A DNA stretch of 63,224 nt, the filler included, from Lenisia limosa (taxonomy: Eukaryota; Protista; Breviatea): assembly GCA_001655205.1 (NCBI GenBank). It is 12 parts of 12 records of this genome, joined end to end, with 100 filler letters (N's around TTAATTAATTAA, not from the genome) between each part and the next. Parts side by side here need not be neighbours in the genome. Positions count along the whole stretch, not along the records: positions 21,065 to 24,633 come from LPNZ01003663.1; positions 24,734 to 45,605 come from LPNZ01006111.1; 10 more parts are not named here. The stretch is one strand, 5' to 3'. Below are positions 24,201 through 36,800 of the stretch, piece after piece. Made by a program: the position numbers and the translations under genes. The notes below the pieces were generated by a model. It saw only the letters and a program-made list of their open reading frames with translations. It had not been told where the DNA came from and made no database searches. Within the stretch, counting starts at the first letter, position 1, and each line of letters opens with the position of its first letter.

Positions 24201-24330
24201 CTCCTCCCCCAACCCGAGAAAGTTATTTAATATCACTTATTGGGCTTGTTTTACCATCCCCCCGTATAATCCCCCAGCGTATATTTGCCAGGTCATCGCT
24301 ATTTTTTCCCAGTACAAGATGTGCATTATT
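21204..24330 (+). CDS. WD40 protein, DCAF1/VprBP-like C-terminal region (partial)
   Basis: Exons GAVLYDIPSGSELQHF, GTLYDVRGSK, VWDLRNLRL and PINVIKTLEFGNPFFD follow the order of recalled DCAF1 motifs (YDIQTG, LWDVRS, IWDLRT, IATIDV.RNIFD). Confidence 0.55.
21776..21861 (+). mobile_element. Family B intron element (DCAF1-like gene, ends at acceptor)
   Basis: TTGTCAGCTGATTTTGGGCTT..TTTCATAAATTTTCCAATTTCACTCTCCCCC..CCCCAG. Confidence 0.8.
22895..22994 (+). mobile_element. Family B intron element (DCAF1-like gene, ends at acceptor)
   Basis: TTTGTTTGTTTTGTTGTTATCAAACCTCGTGTGTT..AGAGTTGATTTGGG..TTTCATAAATTTTCCAATTTCAC(C)nAG. Confidence 0.85.
23148..23228. mobile_element. Family C Tc1/mariner-like MITE
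   Basis: TA-CACTGACCGCGAAAAGTCCTGAC...GTCAGGACTTATCGTGGCCACT inverted repeats. Related copies at 17494-17560 and 32944-33022. Confidence 0.65.
23499..23576 (+). mobile_element. Family B element, internally deleted, possibly an entire 78-nt intron
   Basis: GTGATGGGATGTGGTGCTGC-AAGTTGATTTGGG..TTTCATAAATTTTCCA(C)nAG. Confidence 0.8.
24105..24192. mobile_element. Family A MITE-like element
   Basis: GGGCTTCACTTCGGTTCGAAAAAGAC...GTCTTTTTTTGAACTCAAGTGAAGCCT. Confidence 0.85.
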
Positions 24331-24733
24331 TGTGTTTTTCTTCCTTAATTCGTTGACACACTTACGCTTTTTCAAAACATCCAAAAAATCTGAATTAAAT
24401 TCGCTTTAGCTCACATATATATCTCCCCTCACCCATATAACCCCCCTAGCGGTTGTATTTGGATGAGTCTGACCATGAAGAGGATGAACCGCAAAATCCG
24501 TGAGGAGTGTGGGGTGTATTACGCTGGGGAGATTTAAACAGAAAATAAATAATAATAAAATTCTAATGTGGGGATACGGGAGAGAAGAAGGGGAGGGGGT
24601 GACTGACATAATAATTTTTTTTTTTTTTGCCCCNNNNNNNNNNNNNNNNNNNNNNNNNNNNNNNNNNNNNNNNNNNNTTAATTAATTAANNNNNNNNNNN
24701 NNNNNNNNNNNNNNNNNNNNNNNNNNNNNNNNN

Positions 24734-27321
24734 TGACGGTATCCTGGAGTGTTAAGGCCTGGCCATTTTATGCTGAAGACCGCGCAAATACCAGAGTACA
24801 CTCGGGATGATGTGGTAAAAGTTTGGCTTATAGATATTATGTCTTCAGTGTAAGCCTATTTGCTGGTGCAATCCATATTCCATCTACCCGAACACAATTG
24901 GAATGGATATATGTATATCATATCATATATTATGATATATAATATATACTATATTATATCTTTATTAGCAAATTAAAAACCGTTCCAACAATGAAAAGTC
25001 TGCGAATGACCACGAAAAGAATCTTGCCATTAATTTAACAAGCATAGTTGACAACAACAGGTACGGACGGACCTTTGTAGCGAACGAGGCGGTCAGAATA
25101 TCGGCGGCCGCGGGCAGGAGGGGAATGCATGCCACAACAATAGGGATCACCTTTTGGGGGGAACGCACAGTACCTGGATATCATAAGGATCACAACACAT
25201 TGTCTTCCCATGTTTCATTTCTGGAGGGGTGCTCTGTTATGACAAGGTGGCTATCGAACTGTCGTTGATCATCTTATAGACACCACATTGATCATCTTAT
25301 AGACACCACCAACCCTTTTTCATGAGAGCCAAACACTCATCAACCTACAACAGTAAGACGGATTCAGTGTTATTGAAACAACAACGAGAACAAAATGATG
25401 AAGGTAAAACACCCACAAAAAAAAAGGGGGGGTAAATTCCCAACAAACAAGGGAAGGTATTTTTCTCTCTTGCATATCAAAGCAGCATACACTCTTCCCC
25501 CTTCCAAGCATCTAATGTCCCAATTCTACCCCCCCCCCCNNNNNNNNNNNNNNNNNNNNNNNNNNNNNNNNNNNNNNNNNNNNNNNNNNNNNNNNNNNNN
25601 NNNNNNNNNNNNNNNNNNNNNNNNNNNNNNNNNNNNNNNNNNNNNNNNNNNNNNNNNNNNNNNNNNNNNNNNNNNNNNNNNNNNNNNNNNNNNNNNNNNN
25701 NNNNNNNNNNNNNNNNNNNNNNNNNNNNNNNNNNNNNNNNNNNNNNNNNNNNNNNNNNNNNNNNNNNNNNNNNNGAAAGACTATGATATTCCTGAATATT
25801 ATAAAACCCCTAGCCCACCATTAAAAGGGTCTCATCGACCTTGCCAGAGTAAATGCAGGCTTCAGCAACACAGAGAACAACAGAAGGGGCTGACTTGGCA
25901 TCAAGTTGTCTGATGGGTCAGCTAACTGCTTTCCTATGCACCAGAAAAAGCAATACTGAAAATATCACAATAAGTAATTACTTGGAACACTGAACCCTGT
26001 CTACGGATAAAGTCCCAAAAGTCTGATTTTTTTTTTTCAATTATTCCTCAAATAACAGCACCGCCCCCTCCCACTTCTTGACAAACTCAGTTCCCAACGC
26101 GTGGACACTTTGACGGAAAACCTACGATGTGTCAGGGAATATTTCGAATGTGAAACCACCCAAAATTGCACACACACAAATGTGAATGATAACGTGCGGA
26201 AGTAAAACAAAAGAGCATTGTAACATCAAAACCCAGTAGACTATAACCAGAAAAATCACCCTAATCATCAGATCAGTTAGCAAATCGTGGCTTAAACCCA
26301 TTCATTCGATTTTTGGTACAAACAGCATTTTTAGCATTTACACGCATTATTCGTTTCCAAACATGATACAAATATGAAACCCCAAACCTTGATAGCACGA
26401 CGGTAGAGAGTTGTGCGAGAAAGTGAATCAAGAAGAACACAGAGCATCTTGAAGATCCTGAATGGGGGTGAAATATGCATATTTAGGATGCAAAAATCAA
26501 TCCCTCCACCCGTTCTTCGGGAAAAAAAAAAAAAAAAAAAAAANNNNNNNNNNNNNNNNNNNNNNNNNNNNNNNNNNNNNNNNNNNNNNNNNNNNNNNNN
26601 NATTCCCCAGGGTATCTGCTGAGATTCTGACAGATCATCATAAGTCCAAGATTGAAGTTGGCTGGGTTGACTATGTTGTGAGTAATGTGCAGCAAAACTC
26701 ACTATCCTTAACAACAACCACCCATATGATAAGATAAACAGAGGTTGCAAAAGCATTAGTCATTTATCAAGCGGGTACCATATCACTATTTGGGTCATTT
26801 TCAGACGTGTGAACTCTCATTTTTAACGCAGTGATGTGATACCTAATATCCACACGTGTAAGTCTCATTGATGTAATCTTCGTTCATTATTTCGACTTGA
26901 AAATCGGTCATATTTATGATATCACGTGTGAATATCAGTTAACATAATACTGCGAGGATATAACTTGACATGTCCAGGAAACCTTATCGGTATTATTAAA
27001 GTACAACAAAAAGAATGAAAGCAAGAGAGCTGCTGCCCTCAAATAGAAGGAAATATCATCAAGAGATATCACACCACACATTCCATCTCGCCATTTCAAA
27101 TTATCATGACCACAGCAGCCCCTCTTACCAATGGTGCCACGAGCAACATCATGTCCAAGGTGAAGAATGGTCTTTGAGAAGTCATCTCCAGCATGATCTG
27201 GAGGGTGAGTTGCGTTTGGCCCTTTTGCCGTCACTTTACCGAAGAAAGAAAGACAGTAGTTCGCAAAAAAGACTGTTTCGGCCTCAGAGGCATGGCGGAG
27301 AGCGAAAAGTGCTGCATCCAT
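24734..27321 (-). CDS. Multi-exon protein of unknown function (helical-looking)
   Basis: Open GT-AG exons: MDAALFALRHASEAETVFF..., IFKMLCVLLDSLSRTTLYRRAIK, VFRQSVHALGTEFVK, SVVLCVAEACIYSGKVDETLLM, KVIPIVVACIPLLPAAADILTASFATK. No family recognised. Confidence 0.5.
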
Positions 27322-27478
27322 GGTGATATCCTTTTGCTGTTAAAGTCAACAAAAACTTTGCACTCAATAAAGTGCACTCAAAACAAAACTGTTAAGAAAA
27401 GGGAACGAAAAAGAAAAAAATAATCAAAGAAAAGAAGAAAAGATCGGTTGATCAATTACTTGGGGAAGAAAAAAATGT

Positions 27479-27550
27479 CGAACACAACGGGGATCGAACC
27501 CGCGATCTCCAGCTTCGAAGGCTGGCGCCATTCCACTTGGCCATGCGTCC
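27479..27550 (-). tRNA. tRNA-Arg (anticodon TCG)
   Basis: GGACGCA/TGTGTTC acceptor stem, D-arm GCC..GGC, anticodon arm CCAGC-CT-TCG-AA-GCTGG, T-arm GCGGG-TTCGATC-CCCGT, and a T7 Pol III terminator at 27469-27475. Confidence 0.95.
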
Positions 27551-27815
27551 TTGACAACGAAGCTTACAAGTATCAAAGTGATATTTATGGTTTGACTTTT
27601 CCGGAATTATATAAACCCCGCAGGTTTTTGAGCTCCAACAGTCTCTAAACCAGTACCAGAATACCTTTTACATCCGTATAACAAGTAGATTATTATAAAT
27701 TATATCTATACAAATTGATTATTAAACGATTTGCATGAAATTTGTTGTAGTATTTGGTACTTCCGGAAAGGCAATGCTAATCTCTGGATAGTTTGACCAT
27801 AATTGAGTTTTGTGA

Positions 27816-30800
27816 ATGTCTAAACCTCAACTTGATCCAGTAAGGAGCATTAACTTCTCTCCCTTCTCATCCCTTAGGCAAGAACTCTATCAAGAAGAGA
27901 TGTAGATCTCCTTGTCGCCTCCCCCGTTGAGGCACACTCACCAGTCACTTTCCACGCCCACACCCACCTTAATGATGGACGAGATGGCCACAAACGAGCC
28001 GCTTCCCAAGGACATGTAGGCATATTTCAACTCGTGATTTCTAATTGTCCGCTTTTTTTTTTTGCATTGAAAAGAGGCATCAAATTACTCACATTTCCTT
28101 TTCCTTTTCGCTCATTTTTTATGTCAAATGTGCTAATTCAGAAATATAATTATTAATAATTACGTTAAATTTTTCTGTTTTCTCAATTCACACAATATCC
28201 CGACGGATACCCTCCCCATCTTGACAGAATTATTTTTCAAAACATGATGCACAGCTGAGATATCAAAACGAAACAATCAAAACACGCCATATTGCATTTT
28301 CTTTCACCTTTCATCCATCACTTTTCACGCCGGTTTAGAACAGATAATTTTCAATAATACTTTAGAACAGATAATTTTCTATAATACAACATATTTCACG
28401 CTACAGGCCCGAACACATTCCAGTCACAGACGCACTCCCTCGGGTAAGCGGTGTTTGTCTTTGGTGTTTATTGAAAAAATATCATCATATTTTATGAGGA
28501 TGCAGTGATAACTGATAATAAGGAACAATTCAAAAGGGGGCTATTCGATTGGCATACAGAGGATCAAGTGACAAGGATTATCATTGTTGCGTGTTATTTA
28601 TTCCAGTTCCCACTAACTCACTGTCAGGCTCCCGTCTTAGCCATGTCAAAGCCGAGGGCCTTGGCCAAGCCCATGCCGGATCAGTCAAGAGCCCTCTGGC
28701 CACACGGCACTCATCTCCGGCCAACATAGCAGTGGAAAGGTGGGTAGGAGAACGCTCGGTACAACTAAATAATGGACTGTAATACAGTCACAGTGGAATA
28801 GCACAGTAGTCCATCTTGAAGGCTCTACTGACTAATTTTACAAGTCACACTATTTCAATACCATATTCAAAACTATGTAGAATCAAATATCTGTGACACC
28901 CCAGACCCACCTTTGTACCGCACCTGACGAAGAAAGACGAGCCATCCAACCTCCCCGCAGTCACCTCAGAAGCTGCCAGTGCGTGGGGGTATTCACTGCC
29001 TGCAGAAATTCGTCAATCCTTGAAAATCGTTGATAACTGCCGGAAAAATTAAACACCGCGGTTCAGTGAGTTCGTAAATGTCTTTGTTACCCAGAATTAA
29101 ACTTTACTACTATATATGATTTCACCTTTCAGTTTCATCCATTTTCAAGCCGCCCACCCCCGCCCCAGGCGCCAATCTCAAAGTGCAAGGCGCTATAACT
29201 GCAAGTAGAAACCCAGATAACTGTTATTTCCTCAGTTATTTGCGAATTATAAGATGTGGTTCTATCTGCAGTTATCTCCTGCACCCCCATTTAAACAATG
29301 AACTCGAGAATTCCTCATGACACCATCAGGCACCTCCAGTTCCCCGAATAGTTCTCACTCCGAGCCACCACGATGCCCGCACGGCGCCAGCACTGTCTCC
29401 CGAGATACTGCGAGCCCCCACCCCTGTTGAAGCCTCTAAAGTCCTTTTCAAGCAAAACGAAAAGTGAGACTTTCTTTTTTACTCTCAGGCTTCATTCCTT
29501 CTGAAAATCTGCCTGCATACTCTGTCTTTTTCACATGCAGATCGATTTATATACAACAATCTTCTCGTATTAACAAATCCCGCTACTGATAATAGTGGAA
29601 GTTCAAATATCTATCGTGATGAACCTATTACCTGTTCCTTTTAAAAGCTGCAGGATGAACGCTACGCTGCAGCCCCCCGTAACACCTGCCAAAGTGAGTT
29701 ACTGAGTTTGTTCAAATTATATGCCTATTCCTTGAGTCCAATTTTTACCAACATAACTTTGCAGATTATCAAGCAATAGGCTTCCAATGGAAATTAATAG
29801 TTTTCCCCAATGATAAATGACGTTTCCCACCATCATCATATCCACAATTCCTACTTTTTCCCCTTAACCAGTCTCCCATTATTCGGAATGAAGGAGTTAT
29901 ATCCTCTTTGTCGCCTATCTCCTTCTAACTGCTCTCAGGACCGCACAATGATCGAGGCGCTTTTCAGTCCCGAACCCGCGAGTGAGGCGGATCTGGACCC
30001 ATTCTCTGACGACCATGAGGAGCAAGATCCATACTATGAGGTGGGCGAAAAACTATAATAGTTATACTACTATATGATATCATGTACTATATATTATTCT
30101 ATGTATATATAATAATAATTATTTGTAATATTACTACATATCACACCGTCCATATATCTGTGAATTTCCTCTATCTGTGAATTTATTTGAAATAAGCGAA
30201 AAAATTGCTCCAGTTAGAACTAAGAAAATAGATGTAACACTCTTGTTGCTAACACAAATGAAAGTAACTTTTATTTGTTGATTTGTCAAGCGTATGGTAA
30301 AATATATCAGCTACTTTTTCATAAAAATAGGTTAAACTTTTGTTTTCTGTCGTACATGTTTTTTTTGTTTTTAATTGAAGTAAATTCTGAAGATGATCCC
30401 CGGGGGTGAAATGAATTAACATTATATGATAAAAACTGTGATACTCAACTTTTTTTATCAAGGAAAAGGTTCATTTGGCTTGTTTTCACAGAGAGAAAAG
30501 TCACAGATATAACTTAATCTCTGACAATTTCTCATTTTAATCATGATGACTTCATATAATACTGCCACCCACTTGAAAGCAATCTTTTCAAGTTATTTAT
30601 TTTGTTTCTACGCTTTTATTCATCGATTTCATGAAGGGTTTGTTGCTAACGTTTCATTTCCTACTTTGTCATTTTACTATCATTCCCGATTATTGCTTTC
30701 CCTTACACACCAGGATTCACAGAGCGATATGGACACAATTATGAGATCGCGACACTCGCAGCTTCATGAAATCCCCAGGCAATCCGTAGGGGGGGGGGGT

Positions 30801-33800
30801 CAGCCTTTCTGAGACTACAGTTTCTGTACATCAGAGTCATAGAAATAAGGAAAGTTGAAATGATTCAATTTCATGTCCCATCTGCTTCATAAGATGATTT
30901 GGTTTTTATTTCTCCCCTCCCACACTCTATAAGTTTTACTCGTCTGCTTGAATAAAATATTGATTAGTTCCATATTTTGTGGTTGAAGTGAACCCAACAA
31001 ATGTCCACTCCCCTCACCCAGCAGCAGGGACCCGCACCGACGCCGACGCCTCGCCAACTTGCGCGCAGGGCTTCGGCGCTGGAAGCAGGGGACCCAGGGT
31101 GGCGGCACGTGCTCTCTGACAAACGGTGTGTGGGGGGGATAATTCAGCCCTTCAAAGAACATTTTCGAGACATTATTTCCAGCTTCAATATGTTGATCTA
31201 TGTACATAACACAGAGTAAATCAGAAGAAGGTAGAAAGCATTCTTATCTTCCACTAGGTTGGAACAAGAAGCTTCTACTCTCATGGACAAGAACCGTGTT
31301 TATGAAATGAAAGTTGGGGGGGAGGGGGTCAAGGGGTCATACACCCTGATTAATTCATTTTGGTTTCACGTGCCCAATCTTTTTTGACATCTTGAACTGG
31401 CTTAATGATCATTCTATAAGACATTGGTGATTATTTGCATTTGATTCATTCGTTTGCCCTCCAACTGCTTTCACCCCTGTTTCGGGAATTGATTTGGACA
31501 GTTGTTTGACAGTACTGTAGGTCTGTTCCGCATCGCAAATGGTATTCTATCTGATTCTTGGCCTTTTGGACTGGCTCATTGCCGTCCTGCATAACGCTCT
31601 TCTGGGTGNNNNNNNNNNNNNNNNNNNNNNNNNNNNNNNNNNNNNNNNNNNNNNNNNNNNNNNNNNNNNNNNNNNNNNNNNNNNNNNNNNNNNNNNNNNN
31701 NNNNNNNNNNNNNNNNNNNNNNNNNNNNNNNNNNTTTTTTTCATAATACAAGGAGAGTTTGTTTTTCTTTCTTCATCTCATAGATAATGACCATGTCATG
31801 ACGTTTGCTCTGCACTTTCTCTTCCTCATCCTGCTGTTCTCGAACTACCTTTCAGCGAAGTCGCACATGACCCCCCATGCTCTCATTGTCATTACGGCCG
31901 GAACATGGACTGTTCGTGGCGCCTTGGTGGTTGCGTCTTTTGGGTGGGGGGTGAGTCATTCACTTTATATGTACTCTTTTCCATGGGGATCAAGAATGAG
32001 CAACTTAATTCATTGTTACCTGACAACATAATATGTTCTTTGCCCATCTTCCGCTGACATATTTTACCTACATTAGTATTTTGATACCACATAACACTCA
32101 TCTTAACAGGGTGACTGAGAGCGGCTATTGGTCGGAGATCAGTACGGGCACACTGGTGTCACTCTTGCTGCTTGCTTTCGGCTACAGTGGTCATACTCTT
32201 GTGTCGGCGTCTTTGTTTGTCACTTTCACCATCGGGCTTTATTGGGCGGTATGGGGGGGGGGTGTAGCTGTTGTTTATTGTAAAATGTATTGGAGATTCT
32301 GAGAAACGTCCTTTATTCTTTTTAGATAGGCTTCCTCTTTCATAGCGCTTCTTCAGTTGAGTGGAGCGATCTGGTCGTTATTTTGGCAATTCACGGTATG
32401 CGAAGGATCCTAATCTCTTGTTAGTCAGCATTACCAAGGGTTTTTTTAAAAAAATATGTATCTTAGTATATCATATGAAAATCACTTCATCTGTTTTGTT
32501 CTTATTTTTCCAGTCTTGACTACCTGCCTTGGCTTCATTTATCATTCATCAAAACAACGGCAGTTTGTCAAAATCTTTTGGCAGCAGAAGAGAGTGACAA
32601 AGGTTTGGCTTCACTCTTGTGATGGAGCTTTTTAATATGATATTAACATTCCATTTCAGATTTAACCTTTTTTTTTTTTTGATTGGAATCGCTTCAGTTA
32701 AAGTCTTGTGATTCATTGGTCTGTTTACTATTGTAGAGCCAAAAGAGCCTGGATAACTTGATTTTCTCCATCATCCCCCCTCACGTGGTTCATCATCTCC
32801 GCCAAGGGCTCAGTGTGTGGGAGTACTACACACAGGTATTATGGCTAGATCGCAGGCTTGTGAAGTATTATGTGGTATANNNNNNNNNNNNNNNNNNNNN
32901 NNNNNNNNNNNNNATATATATAGCTATATAAAAATATATATAATACACTGGCCGCGATAAGACCTAACATGATACATAGATAATGCTGAATATCCCTGCC
33001 AGGACTTATCGATCAATGTGCATATAATATGATATCATATATAGTATACGATATAATATATTGGCCCTTTCTTTTTTGTCATACTTCAGGTGACAATGGT
33101 CGTTTGCAAAGTGCACATTACAAACATACACACCCAAGTAGGGTTATATGCTGATTTTGTTCATCCGATTCTGAAGTATTCATGTTTTTTTACTTTCCAG
33201 CTCCAAACACTGAGTAAACTTTTCACACGATTTGACAGCCTTGCGAAGGATCATGCAGGGTTTCCAGGTGAGTGGCCAAGTAAAAGGCAGTATGTTGTGT
33301 ATGCTTTTCACTATATTGTTATGAGAAATATACACTCCTATGATTGGTACTCCGGGTGTTCCACCACAGCTCTCTTTGACCTTGCTAACATACTCCATAT
33401 TATACATAGTATTGAAACGCCATATTCCCTGATATTTTTTTTTATCGACCCAGTCAATATCCGAGCCGACACCTACTCTGTTGTTGTCGGGTGCCCCCAA
33501 CGTCTTCCCAACCATGCCGTTTTAGGTGGCCAGTGGCCTTGGTTTTGGTTGTTTTGAAAGGAAAAGAACCGCTTGAATACTTGTGTTCTGATTGTTATTT
33601 TTTTCTTCTTTCATTTTCTCTTTTGATCTTTCCGCCTGCACTAAGTATCCAGCGACTGCCTTGGCGTTGGAAATGAAACGAATTATCCGTCGTTTCTGCC
33701 CTGACTGGGTGTGTCACATTGCGCNNNNNNNNNNNNNNNNNNNNNNNNNNNNNNNNNNNNNNNNNNNNNNNNNNNNNNNNNNNNNNNNNNNNNNNNNNNN

Positions 33801-36800
33801 NNNNNNNNNNNNNNNNNNNNNNTAAGGTGGGCTCCCAAGTTTCCGTTTTCCTTTTTTGTTCCCTTTTTTTTTCTCCCGCTGTATTGGAAGTGCAAACTAT
33901 CCAATAAATGAAGTGCAACCATTAATTGAGAAACAGGGGACCGGTCAATAAGATCCGGGAGAGTATCATGAAGAGGGTCGCTGCCAGGAAGATCATGAAG
34001 AGAGTCAGAAGAGGCTCGGAATACGATAAATGAGAATCGGAATTAGAATCAGAAAATAGTTCGTTCACATCTAAAGGAAGTAAAACAAAAGCGCGCGACT
34101 TTGTCACCGCGACTGCGATGGCTCCTTGGAAAGCTCCCAGGCTGTCCTTTGTCGCATCTCTCATTTCACGATCATGTTAACGAAATGAAAATACTAAAAG
34201 CAGCGTTTGCCTTTTTCAGGAACCTCACCGAATGTGGGAAGATGGACGCCGTCAGTTCAGACTGTTCTGAAAAACAAACAACGGCCACATTTACAATTCT
34301 TTTTTCTGTGTCATAGTTATACAGTGATGGATATCTGAGAGAATTTGATAAAATGAACGCATACGGGAAAAGGACACTGTTCTTGAGACGGCCCCGCTCA
34401 GCCCCGCCCAGCTCCCATCAATGCCTTGGACCTTGGCGGCTTCTTCGCAAAAATCAAATCACCCNNNNNNNNNNNNNNNNNNNNNNNNNNNNNNNNNNNN
34501 NNNNNNNNNNNNNNNNNNNNNNNNNNNNNNNNNNNNNNNNNNNNNNNNNNNNNNNNNNNNNNNNNNNNAATTTTACACCAAGCCCGTCTTGGTAATTAAA
34601 TAATTGCATCTGGCTCCAATGTATTCACGTGTTTACCTCTTAGGCCCGGTAATGGCAGGTGTTATTGGACAAACAAGCTTGCACTTTTCGGTCTTCGGAC
34701 GCACCCCCTTGCATGCCGTACAAATGGCTGCAGAATGGTGGGAATGGAGTGAGGTCTTTCTGACTACCGTTTTGATGTTGTGAAGTTTGTCTTTTTTTTT
34801 TTACTGGCACCTTTACTCCACTCACACTGTAGCACATCCGATAATATAGTCATTTCGCGAGAGACCCACTCGAGTATCATGGCGGTCAATAGTGGCTTTG
34901 GTTTCAGATTCTCCCCAGGCCCGGTGGGCATACTCATTTTTGCTGGGAATTTAACCAAAACACAAAGAAGATTGTCTACCATGAATCTCTATTTGGTCTT
35001 TTTCCTAGCTTTTTGCTACCCCTTACCCTTGCAGGAAGGCGACCAGTTTGAAGTTTTGGAGTCAACCGTTGTCAGTGTAGCTGCGTTGAGAGGTTTGTGG
35101 CGGGATGTAGGAGGTTTTTAATTCCATGCACCATTGCCTCCTTATTTTACAAAAAAGTTGTGAATTCAATTATTAACTGGATAAAAAGCCTCATGAGCCG
35201 TATAAAAAACCAAATTAACCGTAAAAAAATTAACCCGCTGTAGCGTCGCCGGTGGTGCTCTCTGCTGCCAAGCTCGAGGAGAGGGCGTCTGCAAGTCTCG
35301 CAGACTCTGTCGCAATCTACTCCTACTCCTTGATGTACAGTGATATTGCGTGGGAGGGGGTGTCAAATGAAGAGTATTTGGAGTGAAGAATATTATTATG
35401 GTACTTATCAAGAACCGATTGCCGGGCGGCTTTGAAACTATCAATCCTTTCACGCAATTTATCAATGATGATTCATTCTCAAATTTGAATTTAGAAAAGC
35501 GAAGTAGAGTAATAGATGATTCACAACCTATTTTTTATTATTAACTATCCAGTCTGGAGAAAAGGTTCTTGAAGCAATTCGCCCTCAGAGGCCGAAGAAA
35601 CCTGAAGTTCATCCTGCCCCTTGCCATCTTCGCCTTATTGTGGGCATGGTATTGCTACCGGACTCACGTCTATATTTGTGCTTCACTTTGCTTCACATGT
35701 CTGGAAAATTCAATATTTATCGAGGAGTTGATGCAAGAACAAAATTTAAAGTTGTAACTCCAGGCTCCATACTGTCCATGTGATTGACGTTACCTCGCCC
35801 GGCCTGGGCAAAACTCTGGCAACCTTCGCCGCCGTAATCCAGACCTTGGATCTTGTGATCTGGCTTGTTCTTCTTCAGCTATCATCCCTCATCAAGTACC
35901 ATCAAATCTACTCTCTGGTAAGCCTCTCTTGAAATTTGACTGTCTGAACAAGTGTCTTTTCTCAACTTGACTCTTTCTGAAAGGTAACCATTTCTAACCT
36001 ACATTCCCCCTCAGGCTATCCACCATTTCTCATTCCCCCTCAGGCTATTGTTTCCATCCACTTGGCAATGTACAACCTGGAAGTTTTCGCGCTACTTCTC
36101 GGCCCTAAAGCCAACTTCGACACTTTGATTGTTATCGTGGGGGTCTTTTGCTATTGTATTGGGTATTTTGTTTCAATGACTTGTTTTGCATGACAATTAT
36201 AAATCAAGCAAATAACGAGATTGTGGTTGTCCCAATCGCTTGTTCGTTTATGAACCTTTGGTGCCATTTCTCCCACACCTTACCTTATTGATGGTATTTC
36301 AGATGGTTCTCTTCCAGCCGTTAGTCTTCAACAGCGCCCGAATTCGATTCTCCCACGTCGCACCGTTGTTCATCATCAGCTTCCTCGCCCAGGTATTGTG
36401 GATGTAGTATCATTTCACTTCGTATATTGTGTTCAACCCTCTATAGTACCGATTTAAGCTTATTGCTAGGGCTCCGCGCAGTTTTTTTTTGAAGATATTA
36501 TTGACAAAATTTGAAATTAAAGTGTCTGAAATGAAGTTTCCATGTCGATGCAATATGTATATTCAATCAATTTTTCAATTAATTGCACGGAGCCCCACTT
36601 ATTGCTTATTACAGTGAAGTTTCTGATACCCCCACACACGCGCGCGCAAGCCTCTTTTGTTCTGTTATGACCCCCCCCTCCCTTATTTCACGCCACAGTT
36701 GACCGCCGTGCTAGTTTCCGGCATCACGGCCCTCGACGCTGTCTCGAGATCCACTGTGCTCTTAGGTAGGCCGCTCTGTGCTTGGGTTCTTTGTTTCCTT

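Noticed and set aside
24780-24825. Plus-strand EYTRDDVVK as a cytochrome b5 domain start
   Set aside because: No downstream HPGG or W..I.G.VYD exon was found, and neighbouring exons belong to a minus-strand gene.
28600-28740. Minus-strand frame with several TGA codons (..SGMGLAKALGFDMAKTGA*) as a selenoprotein or UGA=Trp evidence
   Set aside because: The plus strand has a clear branch site/acceptor (CTAAC..CAG), an open frame and a GTGGGT donor; the minus frame is just its antisense shadow.
30060-30140. (TA)-rich intron blocks (also ~24900-24960, ~32915-32945, ~52150-52190) as a repeat family
   Set aside because: Low-complexity sequence with no alignable consensus.
33940-34080. Apparent readthrough TGA (..EYDK*ESELESE..) inside the cyclase C1 region
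   Set aside because: Exon structure here is unresolved (adjacent N gaps, plausible alternative splice sites), so the frame cannot be established.
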